Origin: a bacterium
Lineage (GTDB): Bacteria > Verrucomicrobiota > Verrucomicrobiia > Limisphaerales > UBA11358
Assembly (NCBI GenBank): GCA_021813325.1
Contig: JAKALA010000010.1
Location: 79-64,078, forward strand
Reading direction: 5' to 3'
Length of the DNA stretch: 64,000 bases
The notes beneath the pieces are model-generated. The model was not told the DNA's origin. It saw nothing but the letters and a program-made list of their open reading frames with translations, and searched no databases. The position numbers and the translations under genes were made by a program. Each line of letters opens with the position of its first letter. The first letter of the stretch is position 1. Positions 38,276 through 46,680 of the stretch are shown piece after piece.

Positions 38276-39289
38276 TTAGGGCAATATGGCCAGAACCTGT
38301 TCCAGAACTTTTTGCGGCGCAAGCGCGCGCAGGCATTCTTCCGGTTGGGCGAAGTGGCAGTTGGCGGAAAGACACGGAGCGCATGGCAAATCCAGCCGTA
38401 AGACGCTGTTTAACTGGCCGTAAGGACCGGTTCGCGCCGGTTCCGTGGGGCCGAACAACGCCACCAGCGGTTTGCCCAGCGCGGCGGCCACATGCATCGG
38501 CCCCGTGTCGTTGGTGATCATCAAGTGACAGCGGCGGACCCATTCGATCATTTCCGACAGCGAGGTGGCGCCGCAGAGGTTCAGACAACGTTCCGGCGCA
38601 GCGCGTTGGATGGTTTCGCCAAGGGGCTGGTCGCCGTTGTCGCCGAGCACCGCAAAACGGGCGTTCGGCAGACGCTGGGAAAGCGAACGGACGACTTCGG
38701 CAAAATAGTTCACGGGCCAGCGTTTGTTCTGCCAGCGCGCCCCCGGTTGCAGCGTAATCCACCGTTCGCCCTGGTCGGGCCATTTGGCGGCAACGCTGGC
38801 GGCCATTTCCGGGCGTTCGGGAAGCCAGGTGAAATTTTTATGCACCGGCACGTTCAGTGTTGGCAGCACGGCGAGATACCAATCCACGGCGTGCGTATGA
38901 AAACTCGCACGGGGCACGGCGAGATCGTAAAACCCGCGGGCGCCTTCGCGGATTTCATCCAGCCCGATCAGTTGCCGGCCATTGGCCAGCCAGGCAAAAG
39001 CGCCGCTGCGGGCCAGGCATTGCAGATCAATGACCAGATCAAATCGTTGCTCGCGCAGCCAGCGAATGCTGCGAAGCATTTCCGGCCAGTGTTGTGGTTT
39101 CCCCCAGCGTTTGCGTTCAAAGCGCACGACTCCCGCGAGATCTGGATCGCCGGCCAGGAGCGGGGCCAGTGAAGCGTCGATCCACCAGAAAATTTGGGCG
39201 GCGCGCAAGTGCAGTTTGAGCAAGCGCAGCACGGGCAACGCCTGAATCACGTCGCCAAGCGAACTGGGTTTGAGGATGAGAATCTTCAA
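38276..39289 (-). CDS. glycosyltransferase family 9 (heptosyltransferase-like)
   Basis: (M)KILILKPSSLGDVIQALPVL and ITNDTGPMHVAAALGKPLVALFGPT. Start placed at in-frame TTG 39289 (alternative GTG at 39310). The ORF-track extension to 39721 overlaps the upstream phosphoesterase gene and is low-complexity Pro/Ser. Confidence 0.8.
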   Translation of the reverse strand: MKILILKPSSLGDVIQALPVLRLLKLHLRAAQIFWWIDASLAPLLAGDPDLAGVVRFERKRWGKPQHWPEMLRSIRWLREQRFDLVIDLQCLARSGAFAWLANGRQLIGLDEIREGARGFYDLAVPRASFHTHAVDWYLAVLPTLNVPVHKNFTWLPERPEMAASVAAKWPDQGERWITLQPGARWQNKRWPVNYFAEVVRSLSQRLPNARFAVLGDNGDQPLGETIQRAAPERCLNLCGATSLSEMIEWVRRCHLMITNDTGPMHVAAALGKPLVALFGPTEPARTGPYGQLNSVLRLDLPCAPCLSANCHFAQPEECLRALAPQKVLEQVLAILP

Positions 39290-39380
39290 TTTTATGCCCC
39301 AGACGGGCACCGATAAAAATGGTTGCGCACCGCAGATTGAGGGCGTCGGTGAAAAATCCGCTGAATCTGTGGCCGGAGAT

Positions 39381-40103
39381 TTATCGTCCGTAGGCCAGAC
39401 GTTCCGCCAGGCGCTCGGGGAGTCCGGCGGCCAGGATTTTGGCTTGCGCGGCGGCGATGTCGTATTCCAGGCGGCGCAGTTCAATGGTGCCGGCGTCCAT
39501 GTCGTAAATGACATAGGCGCATTTGGGATTATTGTCCCGGGGCTGGCCGACGGCGCCGACGTTGATGAAATATTTTTTCGAGGGATCGACCTTGAATTTG
39601 GAATAGGTGCCGCCGCGGACGACGGTGTCGCGCATGAAGGCCACGGGCACATGCGTGTGGCCGAAGAAACACATCTGGGTGTTCTGGTAGGGGAAATTGG
39701 CGGCGGCGGCAAGTTTGTCAAAGACGTATTGCCAGCGGTCGGGCGCGTCCAGCGTGGCGTGAACCATGGTGAAATTCGCGGCCATGCGGGTGTATTTCAA
39801 GTCGCGCAGCCATTTTTTGTCCGCTTCGGTGAGCTGGTTTCTGGTCCAGTGGACGGCTTCGGCGGCGTGGGGGTTAAACCCGTCGAGATGGTTTTCGGTG
39901 GAGCAGTATTCGTCGTGGTTTCCCTTGACGCACGGGATGTTCATTTCCCGGATGATGTCCAGACATTCTTTGGGGTTGGCGTTGTAACCGACAATATCTC
40001 CGAGGCATACGACGTGGGTGGCGTTCTGCGCACGAATGTCCTCCAGCACCACCTGAAGCGCGTCAAGGTTGCCGTGAATGTCTGCTATGATGGCGTATTT
40101 CAT
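39381..40103 (-). CDS. metallophosphoesterase (calcineurin-like, YfcE-type)
   Basis: IADIHGN, LGDIVGY, GNHD, GHTH and the GAVGQPRD motif series. Confidence 0.85.
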   Translation of the reverse strand: MKYAIIADIHGNLDALQVVLEDIRAQNATHVVCLGDIVGYNANPKECLDIIREMNIPCVKGNHDEYCSTENHLDGFNPHAAEAVHWTRNQLTEADKKWLRDLKYTRMAANFTMVHATLDAPDRWQYVFDKLAAAANFPYQNTQMCFFGHTHVPVAFMRDTVVRGGTYSKFKVDPSKKYFINVGAVGQPRDNNPKCAYVIYDMDAGTIELRRLEYDIAAAQAKILAAGLPERLAERLAYGR

Positions 40104-40106
40104 TTC

Positions 40107-40406
40107 CTATCTAACAATTTCAAATCCCCGAAATTCATTTTTCGCGTCCGTCCAAATTACCTGCTCATCGCGAATAAAGCCAGCAAGACCTGCTTGGCGC
40201 AATTCAAATTGAAATGCTTCCAATTCGGCTTGCGCTCCTTCCGCCACGAGTTCCACGCGGCCATCGGGCAGGTTGCGGACGGTGCCGGTGATTTCAAAAC
40301 CGGTGGCCACCGTCTTTGTGGTGTAACGGAAACCCACGCCTTGCACATGGCCCGAATAGCGCACGGTCATTCGGCGGCGAAAAGCGTCTGGCGTAGTCGG
40401 CGACAC
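40107..40406 (-). CDS. acyP: acylphosphatase
   Basis: [20 protein letters not shown]...[17 protein letters not shown]. The start may be the internal Met at 40370. Confidence 0.88.
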   Translation of the reverse strand: MSPTTPDAFRRRMTVRYSGHVQGVGFRYTTKTVATGFEITGTVRNLPDGRVELVAEGAQAELEAFQFELRQAGLAGFIRDEQVIWTDAKNEFRGFEIVR

Positions 40407-40530
40407 TTTAGGATGAAGCCAAAGCCAACGGGACGATGCAATAATTTTTGACGGAATATTGCAAAAGTTTTTGCTTTTTGGTTTGACCCGTCGGGAGATT
40501 TACTTTAATCACAACGCGCTGCCACACACG

Positions 40531-40550
40531 AAATTTCGCATAAGAAATTT
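40531..40550. promoter_or_regulatory. 7-bp inverted repeat just upstream of the pilM-like start (possible operator)
   Basis: AAATTTC-gcataa-GAAATTT in the AT-rich divergent intergenic region between acyP and pilM. Confidence 0.2.
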
Positions 40551-40576
40551 TTGTGGTTGGTCAGTTGCGTAAACAC

Positions 40577-42502
40577 ATGCTGAACACCAAGTCATTTTTG
40601 ACCATTGATTTCGGAGCGGGGAGCCTCAAGCTGGCCGAGTTTGAGATCAATGAGGCGGGCGGTTTGCGTCTGGAAAATTTTGTCATCAAGCCGCTGGGGC
40701 TGGAAGGTTCGCTGGAGAGCACGCGCGAAAAGACGATTTTGCAGGCGCTACAATCGACGCTCGCGGAAGCTGGCATCAAAGCTAAAGATGTCAACGTCTG
40801 CGCACCCGGGTTCCACGTCTTCTCCAAGTTTGTCAAGCTGCCGCCGGTGGATGCGGGCAAGGTCGGCCAGATCATCCAATACGAGGCGCAGCAAAATGTT
40901 CCCTTCCCGCTGGCGGAGGTCGTGTGGGACTACCAAATTCTCGGCTCCACGCCGGGCGGCGAACTGGAAGTTTTGCTGGTGGCCGTCAAATCCGACATCG
41001 TCGAGGGTCTTTTCCGCCTGGCGGACCAGGTCAAGCTGAAGCTGCAACTCTGCGACGCGTCCCCCGCCGCCTTGTGCAACGCGTTTCGCTACAATTACGG
41101 CGACTTGGAAGATTGCACCATGCTGCTGGACATCGGCGCCAAGACCAGCAACCTGCTGTTCTTCGAGAAGGGCAAAGTTTTCTCCCGCAGCATCAATCTG
41201 GGAGCCAACACCATCACGCAAGATTTTGCCACGGAAGCCAAGCTGAAGTTCGACGAGGCGGAAAGAATTAAAATTGCCGAGGGCTTTGTCAGTTTGGGCG
41301 GCGCCTACGAAGAGCCGGAAAACGCGCACCAGGCCGCGATTTCCAAGATTGCCCGGCAATTCATGACCAAGCTGCACATTCAAGTCAATCAGACGATGCA
41401 GTTTTATCGCGGGCAGCAGAGCGGCTCGGCTCCGCAGCGCTTGTTTCTGTGCGGCGGCGCGTCGATCATGCCCTACACGGCGCAATTTTTCGCGGAAAAA
41501 CTCAACGTGCCGGTGGAATACTTCAACCCTTTCCGGAATGTTCAAATCAACCCGGAGGTGAACCTAGAAGAGTTGTCGCGCGTCGCGCATTCGCTGGGCG
41601 AAGTCGTCGGCCTCGGCCTGCGGAATCTGGCCAACTGCCCGGTGGAAATGAATTTGATGCCGGACAGCACGTTGCGCTGGCAATCTTTCAATCAAAAGAA
41701 GCCCTACTTTGTGGCCACGGTCATCAGCTTGGTGCTGGTGGCCTTTGGCATCGGGTTTCTATTCCAAAAACTGGCCGCCAACAAGCGGGCGGAAATTGAA
41801 CGGCTGGAGCCGCAGGTGGCCCAGAAAAGCGCCAAGTCCGAGCAATTCAAGGCGGCGTATAACAAGCTCAAAAAATCAGAGGCCAACGCGGATCAATTGG
41901 CCAAGTGGATGGACCAGCGCTATTACTGGGGCGATTTTCTCTCCGAGATCCGGCGGGCGCTGATCCGCTCCGAAACGGGCGTGCAAAAAAATCTGGCCGC
42001 CCACAACCATCCGAATGCGGACGTGGGCATTTGGATCGAGCAAATGACCGCCGCGTCTGAGTTGACGCCCAATGGCAGCACGACGGTTCCGGTCGTTCCC
42101 GTTCCCGGAGCGGGTCCCAATGCCACCTTGGGGGCCGGCGCCAGCGGGGGCATGTCCCCGGCATTGTTGGCTTACCTTCGGGCGGGCGGGCGGCGCGGAT
42201 TGCCGACCCAGGTTGAGCCGCCACCGCCACCGCCGCCGGATCCCAATGCGGCAGGGGCGGCGACGGACGCGACGGCCAACACCAACAGCGTGATTGTGTT
42301 GACCTGCCGCGCGGTGAATTTGACCAGCATTGATCCGTCCGCCAACATTGACATCACTTTCGAGGTGGAAAGTGAGATCAAAAATTCGCCCTTGGTGGAC
42401 GCCAAGGCGACCCAATTGACCGGTCAACTAACGCCGGATGACTCCAACGGCACCTTCACCTTCACCGTGAATGTGATGCCACTGAATCCCTTGAATTTTT
42501 GA
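40577..42502 (+). CDS. pilM: PilM-PilN fusion protein (actin-like ATPase fold + bitopic PilN-like segment + Pro-rich periplasmic extension)
   Basis: FLTIDFGAGSLKLAEF, VNVCAPGFHVFSKFVKLPPV, LLDIGAKTSNLLFFEKGKVFSRSINLGAN and LFLCGGASIMPY form the PilM/FtsA-like part. Then NLMPDS...KKPYFVATVISLVLVAFGIGFLF plus a coiled coil form the PilN-like part, followed by VEPPPPPPPDP. An alternative GTG start is at 40553. Confidence 0.8.
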   Translation: MLNTKSFLTIDFGAGSLKLAEFEINEAGGLRLENFVIKPLGLEGSLESTREKTILQALQSTLAEAGIKAKDVNVCAPGFHVFSKFVKLPPVDAGKVGQIIQYEAQQNVPFPLAEVVWDYQILGSTPGGELEVLLVAVKSDIVEGLFRLADQVKLKLQLCDASPAALCNAFRYNYGDLEDCTMLLDIGAKTSNLLFFEKGKVFSRSINLGANTITQDFATEAKLKFDEAERIKIAEGFVSLGGAYEEPENAHQAAISKIARQFMTKLHIQVNQTMQFYRGQQSGSAPQRLFLCGGASIMPYTAQFFAEKLNVPVEYFNPFRNVQINPEVNLEELSRVAHSLGEVVGLGLRNLANCPVEMNLMPDSTLRWQSFNQKKPYFVATVISLVLVAFGIGFLFQKLAANKRAEIERLEPQVAQKSAKSEQFKAAYNKLKKSEANADQLAKWMDQRYYWGDFLSEIRRALIRSETGVQKNLAAHNHPNADVGIWIEQMTAASELTPNGSTTVPVVPVPGAGPNATLGAGASGGMSPALLAYLRAGGRRGLPTQVEPPPPPPPDPNAAGAATDATANTNSVIVLTCRAVNLTSIDPSANIDITFEVESEIKNSPLVDAKATQLTGQLTPDDSNGTFTFTVNVMPLNPLNF

Positions 42503-42503
42503 T

Positions 42504-43472
42504 ATGGGCTGGATCAAGCGAAATCTGATTTTTGTAATTGGCTGCGTCGTGGCCGTCGCGTTGCTTGGCGCGGCTGGCTTTTACACCTATCAGGGCTGGT
42601 CGCGGAATACGGAAGCCTTCAGCAAGCTCAACGAAATTTACAACACCCTGAGCAGCCTGAAATCGCAACAGCCGTCCCCGGGAAATGAGGTTCACAACAA
42701 CACGGCCATTGCCAGGGACCAACAAAAACAGGTTCAAGAGTGGATCGGTTCCGCCCGCGCCTATTTCCAGTCGATTCCCGCCATTCCTGCGGGGACGGTG
42801 ACCAGTGAAGCGTTTGCTTCCTCGCTGCGTCGCACGGTGGATCAGTTGCAACACGCGGCGGAGGAAAGTGGCGTTACGTTGCCGCCGAAATATGATTTTT
42901 CCTTTTCCGCCGAGCGTCCGTTGGTGCGGTTTGCGGCGGGCAGTTTGGAACCGCTGGCCACCCAGCTTGGCGAGGTCAAATTGATGTCCGACATTCTGTT
43001 TGCCGCGCGGGTTAACGCCTTGGACAGCATCCAGCGCATCCGCGTTTCGGATGACGATGCGAATGGTCCGGCGGGAGATTACACCGACCTGCATGCCGTG
43101 ACCAACGAACTGGCGGTCGTTACGCCCTACGTCGTCACGTTCCGCTGTTTCACGCCGGAACTGGCGCGGGTGCTGGCCGCGTTCGCCACCGCGCCCAACA
43201 CCTTTTTGATCAAGGCCATCAATGTCCAGCCGGCCAGTTCCGTGGTGGCCACTGACGGCGCCGGCGGGGCGGACGCGGCGGCGCCGCAAGCCTACATGGG
43301 CGATCGCGAGGCGATGTTGCTGGCGCGCATGCGGGGGCGGGGCATGCCGGTTTTGCCGCCAGCCCAGCAGATGCAGCCCGTCAGCAAAGGCGGCTTGCAA
43401 ACGGTTTTAAAAGAGCAATTGCTCCGGGTTACGATGGAGGTCGGACTCGTGAAGTTGTTGCCAAAGAGTTAA
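42504..43472 (+). CDS. Amuc_1100-like pilus-associated bitopic protein (assignment from memory of the family)
   Basis: Starts 1 nt after the pilMN stop. N-terminal TM segment LIFVIGCVVAVALLGAAGFY and a 322-aa length. The segments PYVVTFRCFTPELARVLAAFATAPNTFLIKAINVQP and the C-terminal LKEQLLRVTMEVGLVKL mirror the layout I recall for Akkermansia Amuc_1100, which has the same position between the PilM-like gene and the secretin. Confidence 0.6.
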   Translation: MGWIKRNLIFVIGCVVAVALLGAAGFYTYQGWSRNTEAFSKLNEIYNTLSSLKSQQPSPGNEVHNNTAIARDQQKQVQEWIGSARAYFQSIPAIPAGTVTSEAFASSLRRTVDQLQHAAEESGVTLPPKYDFSFSAERPLVRFAAGSLEPLATQLGEVKLMSDILFAARVNALDSIQRIRVSDDDANGPAGDYTDLHAVTNELAVVTPYVVTFRCFTPELARVLAAFATAPNTFLIKAINVQPASSVVATDGAGGADAAAPQAYMGDREAMLLARMRGRGMPVLPPAQQMQPVSKGGLQTVLKEQLLRVTMEVGLVKLLPKS

Positions 43473-43473
43473 A

Positions 43474-44259
43474 ATGCAATTTCTCAAAAAACATTACGAA
43501 AAAATCGTGCTGGGCGTGGTGCTGGCAGGATTGATCGGCGTGCTGGTGCTCATGTTGTTTTACATCGCCTCGGACAAGGAGGAGATGGAAAAGCATGTGA
43601 ATGATTTGATCAATCCTCCGGTCAAGGAACTGGCGGCTTTGGATTTGTCCACCAACAACCAGGCGATGAGCCGCCTGAAAGCGCCTTACGTTCTGGATTT
43701 TGACACCGGAAACAAGATCTTCAATCCGTTTGAATGGCAAAAAACCGCCGATGGCCAGATGGTCAAGAAAGCCGCCAGCGTGGCGCAGGTGGTTTCTGTG
43801 GCGAGCATCGCGCCGTTGGATTTGATGCTTTCGCTGGATTCGGTGACCACCAATGAATTTGGCGCCCGCTATTTGGTGGTGGTGGAACGGCAGGCGGCCG
43901 CCACAGCCGCCAAACGCCAGAAGGTGCGGCGTTATGTCTCCGTGGGCGATCATCCGAACGACATTTTTGAACTGGTCCAGGTCAAAGGGCCGGCGGACAA
44001 TCCGGACGCGCTGGTATTGAAGTTGAACGACAGCGGCGACACCATCACCGTTGGCCGGGACAAGCCGTATCGCCATGTGGAGGGTTACAGCGCCGAGCTG
44101 CGTTATGACATGGGCAAAAAGATCAGCCGCGCCCATCGGGTGGGCGACAAGGATACTTTCGGAGGCACGGAATACGTTATATCCGGCATCGACAAAAACG
44201 AAGTGATCCTCACGGACCAGTCCAATCAGAAAAAAACCTCGTTGCCATTTGCTCCCTGA
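43474..44259 (+). CDS. Amuc_1099-like bitopic protein (in the position usually held by PilP)
   Basis: Starts 1 nt after the upstream stop. N-terminal TM segment IVLGVVLAGLIGVLVLMLFYI and a beta-rich periplasmic domain. The call rests on position only. Confidence 0.45.
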   Translation: MQFLKKHYEKIVLGVVLAGLIGVLVLMLFYIASDKEEMEKHVNDLINPPVKELAALDLSTNNQAMSRLKAPYVLDFDTGNKIFNPFEWQKTADGQMVKKAASVAQVVSVASIAPLDLMLSLDSVTTNEFGARYLVVVERQAAATAAKRQKVRRYVSVGDHPNDIFELVQVKGPADNPDALVLKLNDSGDTITVGRDKPYRHVEGYSAELRYDMGKKISRAHRVGDKDTFGGTEYVISGIDKNEVILTDQSNQKKTSLPFAP

Positions 44260-44311
44260 CTGATAAAAATCCTCACTTGAACTGCGCCATTTTGACGAAC
44301 CTTAAATTCCC

Positions 44312-46657
44312 ATGATAAAAGCCGTTATTTCATCCCTCGGGCTTGCCGCCCTGATCGCTTTGCCCGTTACCGCGACAGCGCAGGATAACTCTTCAACCTC
44401 CATTGCGGTGAACGAAGCGGTCTTGCGCCAGTCCTACATCGTGGGGCTTCACGAGAAATTGGCCCAAGCCCAGCAGGTTGAGCAGCGTGGCGAAACCCTG
44501 GCGGCCGCCAAGCTCTATCAGGAATGCTGTGATCTGGTCGCCAAGATTGGCTCGGGCATCGACGCGGAAGCCGCCCAGGCCGTCAACGGCCTCACCAGCA
44601 CGCGCCTCGCCTTGGCGCGGGCCGATCAAAGCCGGGGCGATTATCGCGAGGCCGCCACACAGGTGCAGCAGATTTTAAATGTGGATTCCAAAAACGTCCC
44701 GGCGTTGGATTTCAAGAAAAAGAACGACGCGCTCCTGGCCGCGCAAAAGGGCCGGATTCCCAGCCAATCCGTGGTGGACCAGGTTCCGCAAATCGCGGCC
44801 AAGAAAACGGATGCCAACACCTTGGTGCGTGACGGGCAGATGCTCTACGAGATGGGGGAACTGGAGCAAGCCGAGGCGAAATTGGGGCAGGCTTTGGAAC
44901 TCGATCCGGATAACACCGGCGCTTACTATTACTTGAACCTGGTCCAGCAGGCCAAATACAAACGCGAGACCGAACAACACACGGTGGATACGCAAAAACG
45001 GATTACGGAGGTCGAAAAGAAATGGGTGCTGCCGACTTCACAGGTCAAACTGCCGACGCCAAATCCCTATGCGACCAATACGCTGGTTTACACGGGACCG
45101 GGCCGGCAAAGCATCATTGCCAAACTGGACAAAATTCACCTGGATTCGGTTTCCTTCGACGGCTTGCCGTTGAGCGAAGTGGTGCGCTCTCTGTCGGAAC
45201 AATCGCGACTGCGTGATCCCGAGCACAAAGGCATTAATTTCTTGATCAACTCCAATCCGGATCTTTCCGGGCAGCCGGTTGCCGCTCCTACCACCGGTTT
45301 TGGTGGCGGCTACGGTGGAATTACTCGTGGGGGTGTTGGGGGTGGCTATGGCGGTGACGCCGGTCAAGCGCAGGCGATTGATCCTGCCACCGGTTTGCCG
45401 ATTGCGGCCGGGGCGGCCGCCGCCAGCCCGAGCGAGCCGTTGGACGTTGGTTCGTGGGTGGTGAAGATTCCAAGTCTCACAGATGTTCGCATGGCGGATG
45501 TTCTGGACGCCATCGTCATGGTCTGCGACCATCCGGTGAAATACACGATTACGGATTTTGCGGTGGTTTTCTCTCAAAAAGGCGCGGAAACACCGCAGCT
45601 TTTCAGCCGCGTCTTCAAAGTTGATCCGAACACGTTCTACTCCGGTCTGGAAAGCGTGGGGGTGCAAAGCTTCGGCAGCACGTATAACACGGGCAGCACT
45701 GGTGGCACCGGCGGCGGTGGTGGTGGTGGCGGTGGTGGCAACCAAAACAACAGCGGCGCGGTGGTTGGTGTCGTCAATGCCTTTGCGGGCGCAGGCGGTT
45801 TGCGCAACTACGGAAACAGCGGCGGTGGCGGCGGCGGCGGCGGTGGTGGTGGCCAAGGCGGCCAAGGTGGTCAAATTAACCCCATCAACAACGGCGGCAC
45901 TGGCGGCGCGGGTGGCGCCGGTGGCGGCGGCGGTGGTGGAAATGTCGGCAGCGAGGGCGGCCTGAATTATGTCACCCAGGTGACTTTGGCTTCCGCGCCC
46001 AGCCAGGCGGCGAGAAATTTCTTCACCTCTTTGGGGGTGAATTTGGAACAACCGCCGGGCAAAGCCGTTTTCTTCAATGACCGGCTTGGCAAATTATTCG
46101 TCAAGGCCACGGAACAGGATCTGGACACCATCGAACGGGCGATTGAAGCTTTGAACGAATCCTCGCCACAGGTTCACATCAAGGCCCGTTTCATTGAGGT
46201 TTCGCAAAATGACAGCAAAGCGCTGGGCTTTGACTGGTCCATGGGCCAGTTTAATGTCACCGGCAATGGCTCGGTGGTTGGTTCGGCCGGCAGTTCACCC
46301 TCGTTGACCACGCCGGTTTCGGCGGCGAATCCACTGGGAACCTTCCCGGGCAGCACCACAGCCAGTCAAATTGCCGGGTCGGCCAACGACCAGTTGCTGA
46401 CGGGCGGCTTGCGCCAAACCGGGCCGGCGATTGGCACCGTGACCGGCATCTTGACCGATCCTAATTTTCGCCTGGTGATTCACGCGTTGGAGCAGCGCTC
46501 GGGCGTGGAATTCATGGCGGAACCGGAAATCACCACCACCAGCGGGCGCCAAACCCAGATGAAGGCCACTTCGGTTGAATCGGTCATCACTTCGTATAAC
46601 TTCCAGCAGGGCACGTCGCCCCAAACCTCTGGAACCACAAGCTCGACTGGCCAGTAA
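44312..46657 (+). CDS. secretin, N-terminal cistron: signal peptide, TPR-like region, STN/N-domains, Gly-rich tracts and first strands of the secretin fold
   Basis: Signal peptide LIALPVTATA. TPR-like GQMLYEMGELEQAEAKLGQALELDPDNTGAYYYLNLV. N-domain HLDSVSFDGLPLSEVVRSLSE. The sequence LFVKATEQDLDTIERAIEALNESSPQVHIKARFIEVSQNDSKALGFDW...FMAEPEITTTSGRQTQMKA follows, and the ORF ends at TAA 46655-46657. Confidence 0.8.
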   Translation: MIKAVISSLGLAALIALPVTATAQDNSSTSIAVNEAVLRQSYIVGLHEKLAQAQQVEQRGETLAAAKLYQECCDLVAKIGSGIDAEAAQAVNGLTSTRLALARADQSRGDYREAATQVQQILNVDSKNVPALDFKKKNDALLAAQKGRIPSQSVVDQVPQIAAKKTDANTLVRDGQMLYEMGELEQAEAKLGQALELDPDNTGAYYYLNLVQQAKYKRETEQHTVDTQKRITEVEKKWVLPTSQVKLPTPNPYATNTLVYTGPGRQSIIAKLDKIHLDSVSFDGLPLSEVVRSLSEQSRLRDPEHKGINFLINSNPDLSGQPVAAPTTGFGGGYGGITRGGVGGGYGGDAGQAQAIDPATGLPIAAGAAAASPSEPLDVGSWVVKIPSLTDVRMADVLDAIVMVCDHPVKYTITDFAVVFSQKGAETPQLFSRVFKVDPNTFYSGLESVGVQSFGSTYNTGSTGGTGGGGGGGGGGNQNNSGAVVGVVNAFAGAGGLRNYGNSGGGGGGGGGGGQGGQGGQINPINNGGTGGAGGAGGGGGGGNVGSEGGLNYVTQVTLASAPSQAARNFFTSLGVNLEQPPGKAVFFNDRLGKLFVKATEQDLDTIERAIEALNESSPQVHIKARFIEVSQNDSKALGFDWSMGQFNVTGNGSVVGSAGSSPSLTTPVSAANPLGTFPGSTTASQIAGSANDQLLTGGLRQTGPAIGTVTGILTDPNFRLVIHALEQRSGVEFMAEPEITTTSGRQTQMKATSVESVITSYNFQQGTSPQTSGTTSSTGQ
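45690..45960 (+). repeat. (GGY)n simple-sequence tracts encoding poly-Gly / Gly-Gln runs inside the secretin N-cistron
   Basis: ggtggcaccggcggcggtggtggtggtggcggtggtggc... and ggcggtggcggcggcggcggcggtggtggtggccaaggcggccaaggtggtcaa encode GGTGGGGGGGGGGN..., SGGGGGGGGGGGQGGQGGQ and GGTGGAGGAGGGGGGGN. A shorter GGGYGG tract lies at about 45295-45362. Confidence 0.75.
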
Positions 46658-46680
46658 TTTTAATTTAAAAGCGAGATTCT

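Noticed and set aside
39290-39721. N-terminal 144-codon extension of the GT9 ORF (track ORF 38276..39721)
   Set aside because: The extension overlaps the 3' part of the upstream metallophosphoesterase gene in another frame and is Pro/Ser/Thr low-complexity. GT9 proteins normally begin at the (M)KILI.K.S.LGD motif, which starts at the TTG at 39289.
39270-40451. 393-aa + strand ORF spanning the phosphoesterase and acylphosphatase loci
   Set aside because: It lies antisense to two minus-strand genes with clear catalytic motifs. It has Gly/Val/Phe-rich shadow composition.
45038-46051. 337-aa minus-strand ORF and apparent repetitive DNA in the 45.3-46.0 kb region (checked for a CRISPR or tandem-repeat locus)
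   Set aside because: The repetitiveness comes from GGY codon runs encoding poly-Gly in the + strand secretin gene. There is no repeat-spacer periodicity, and the minus ORF is an Ala/Thr/Pro-rich shadow.
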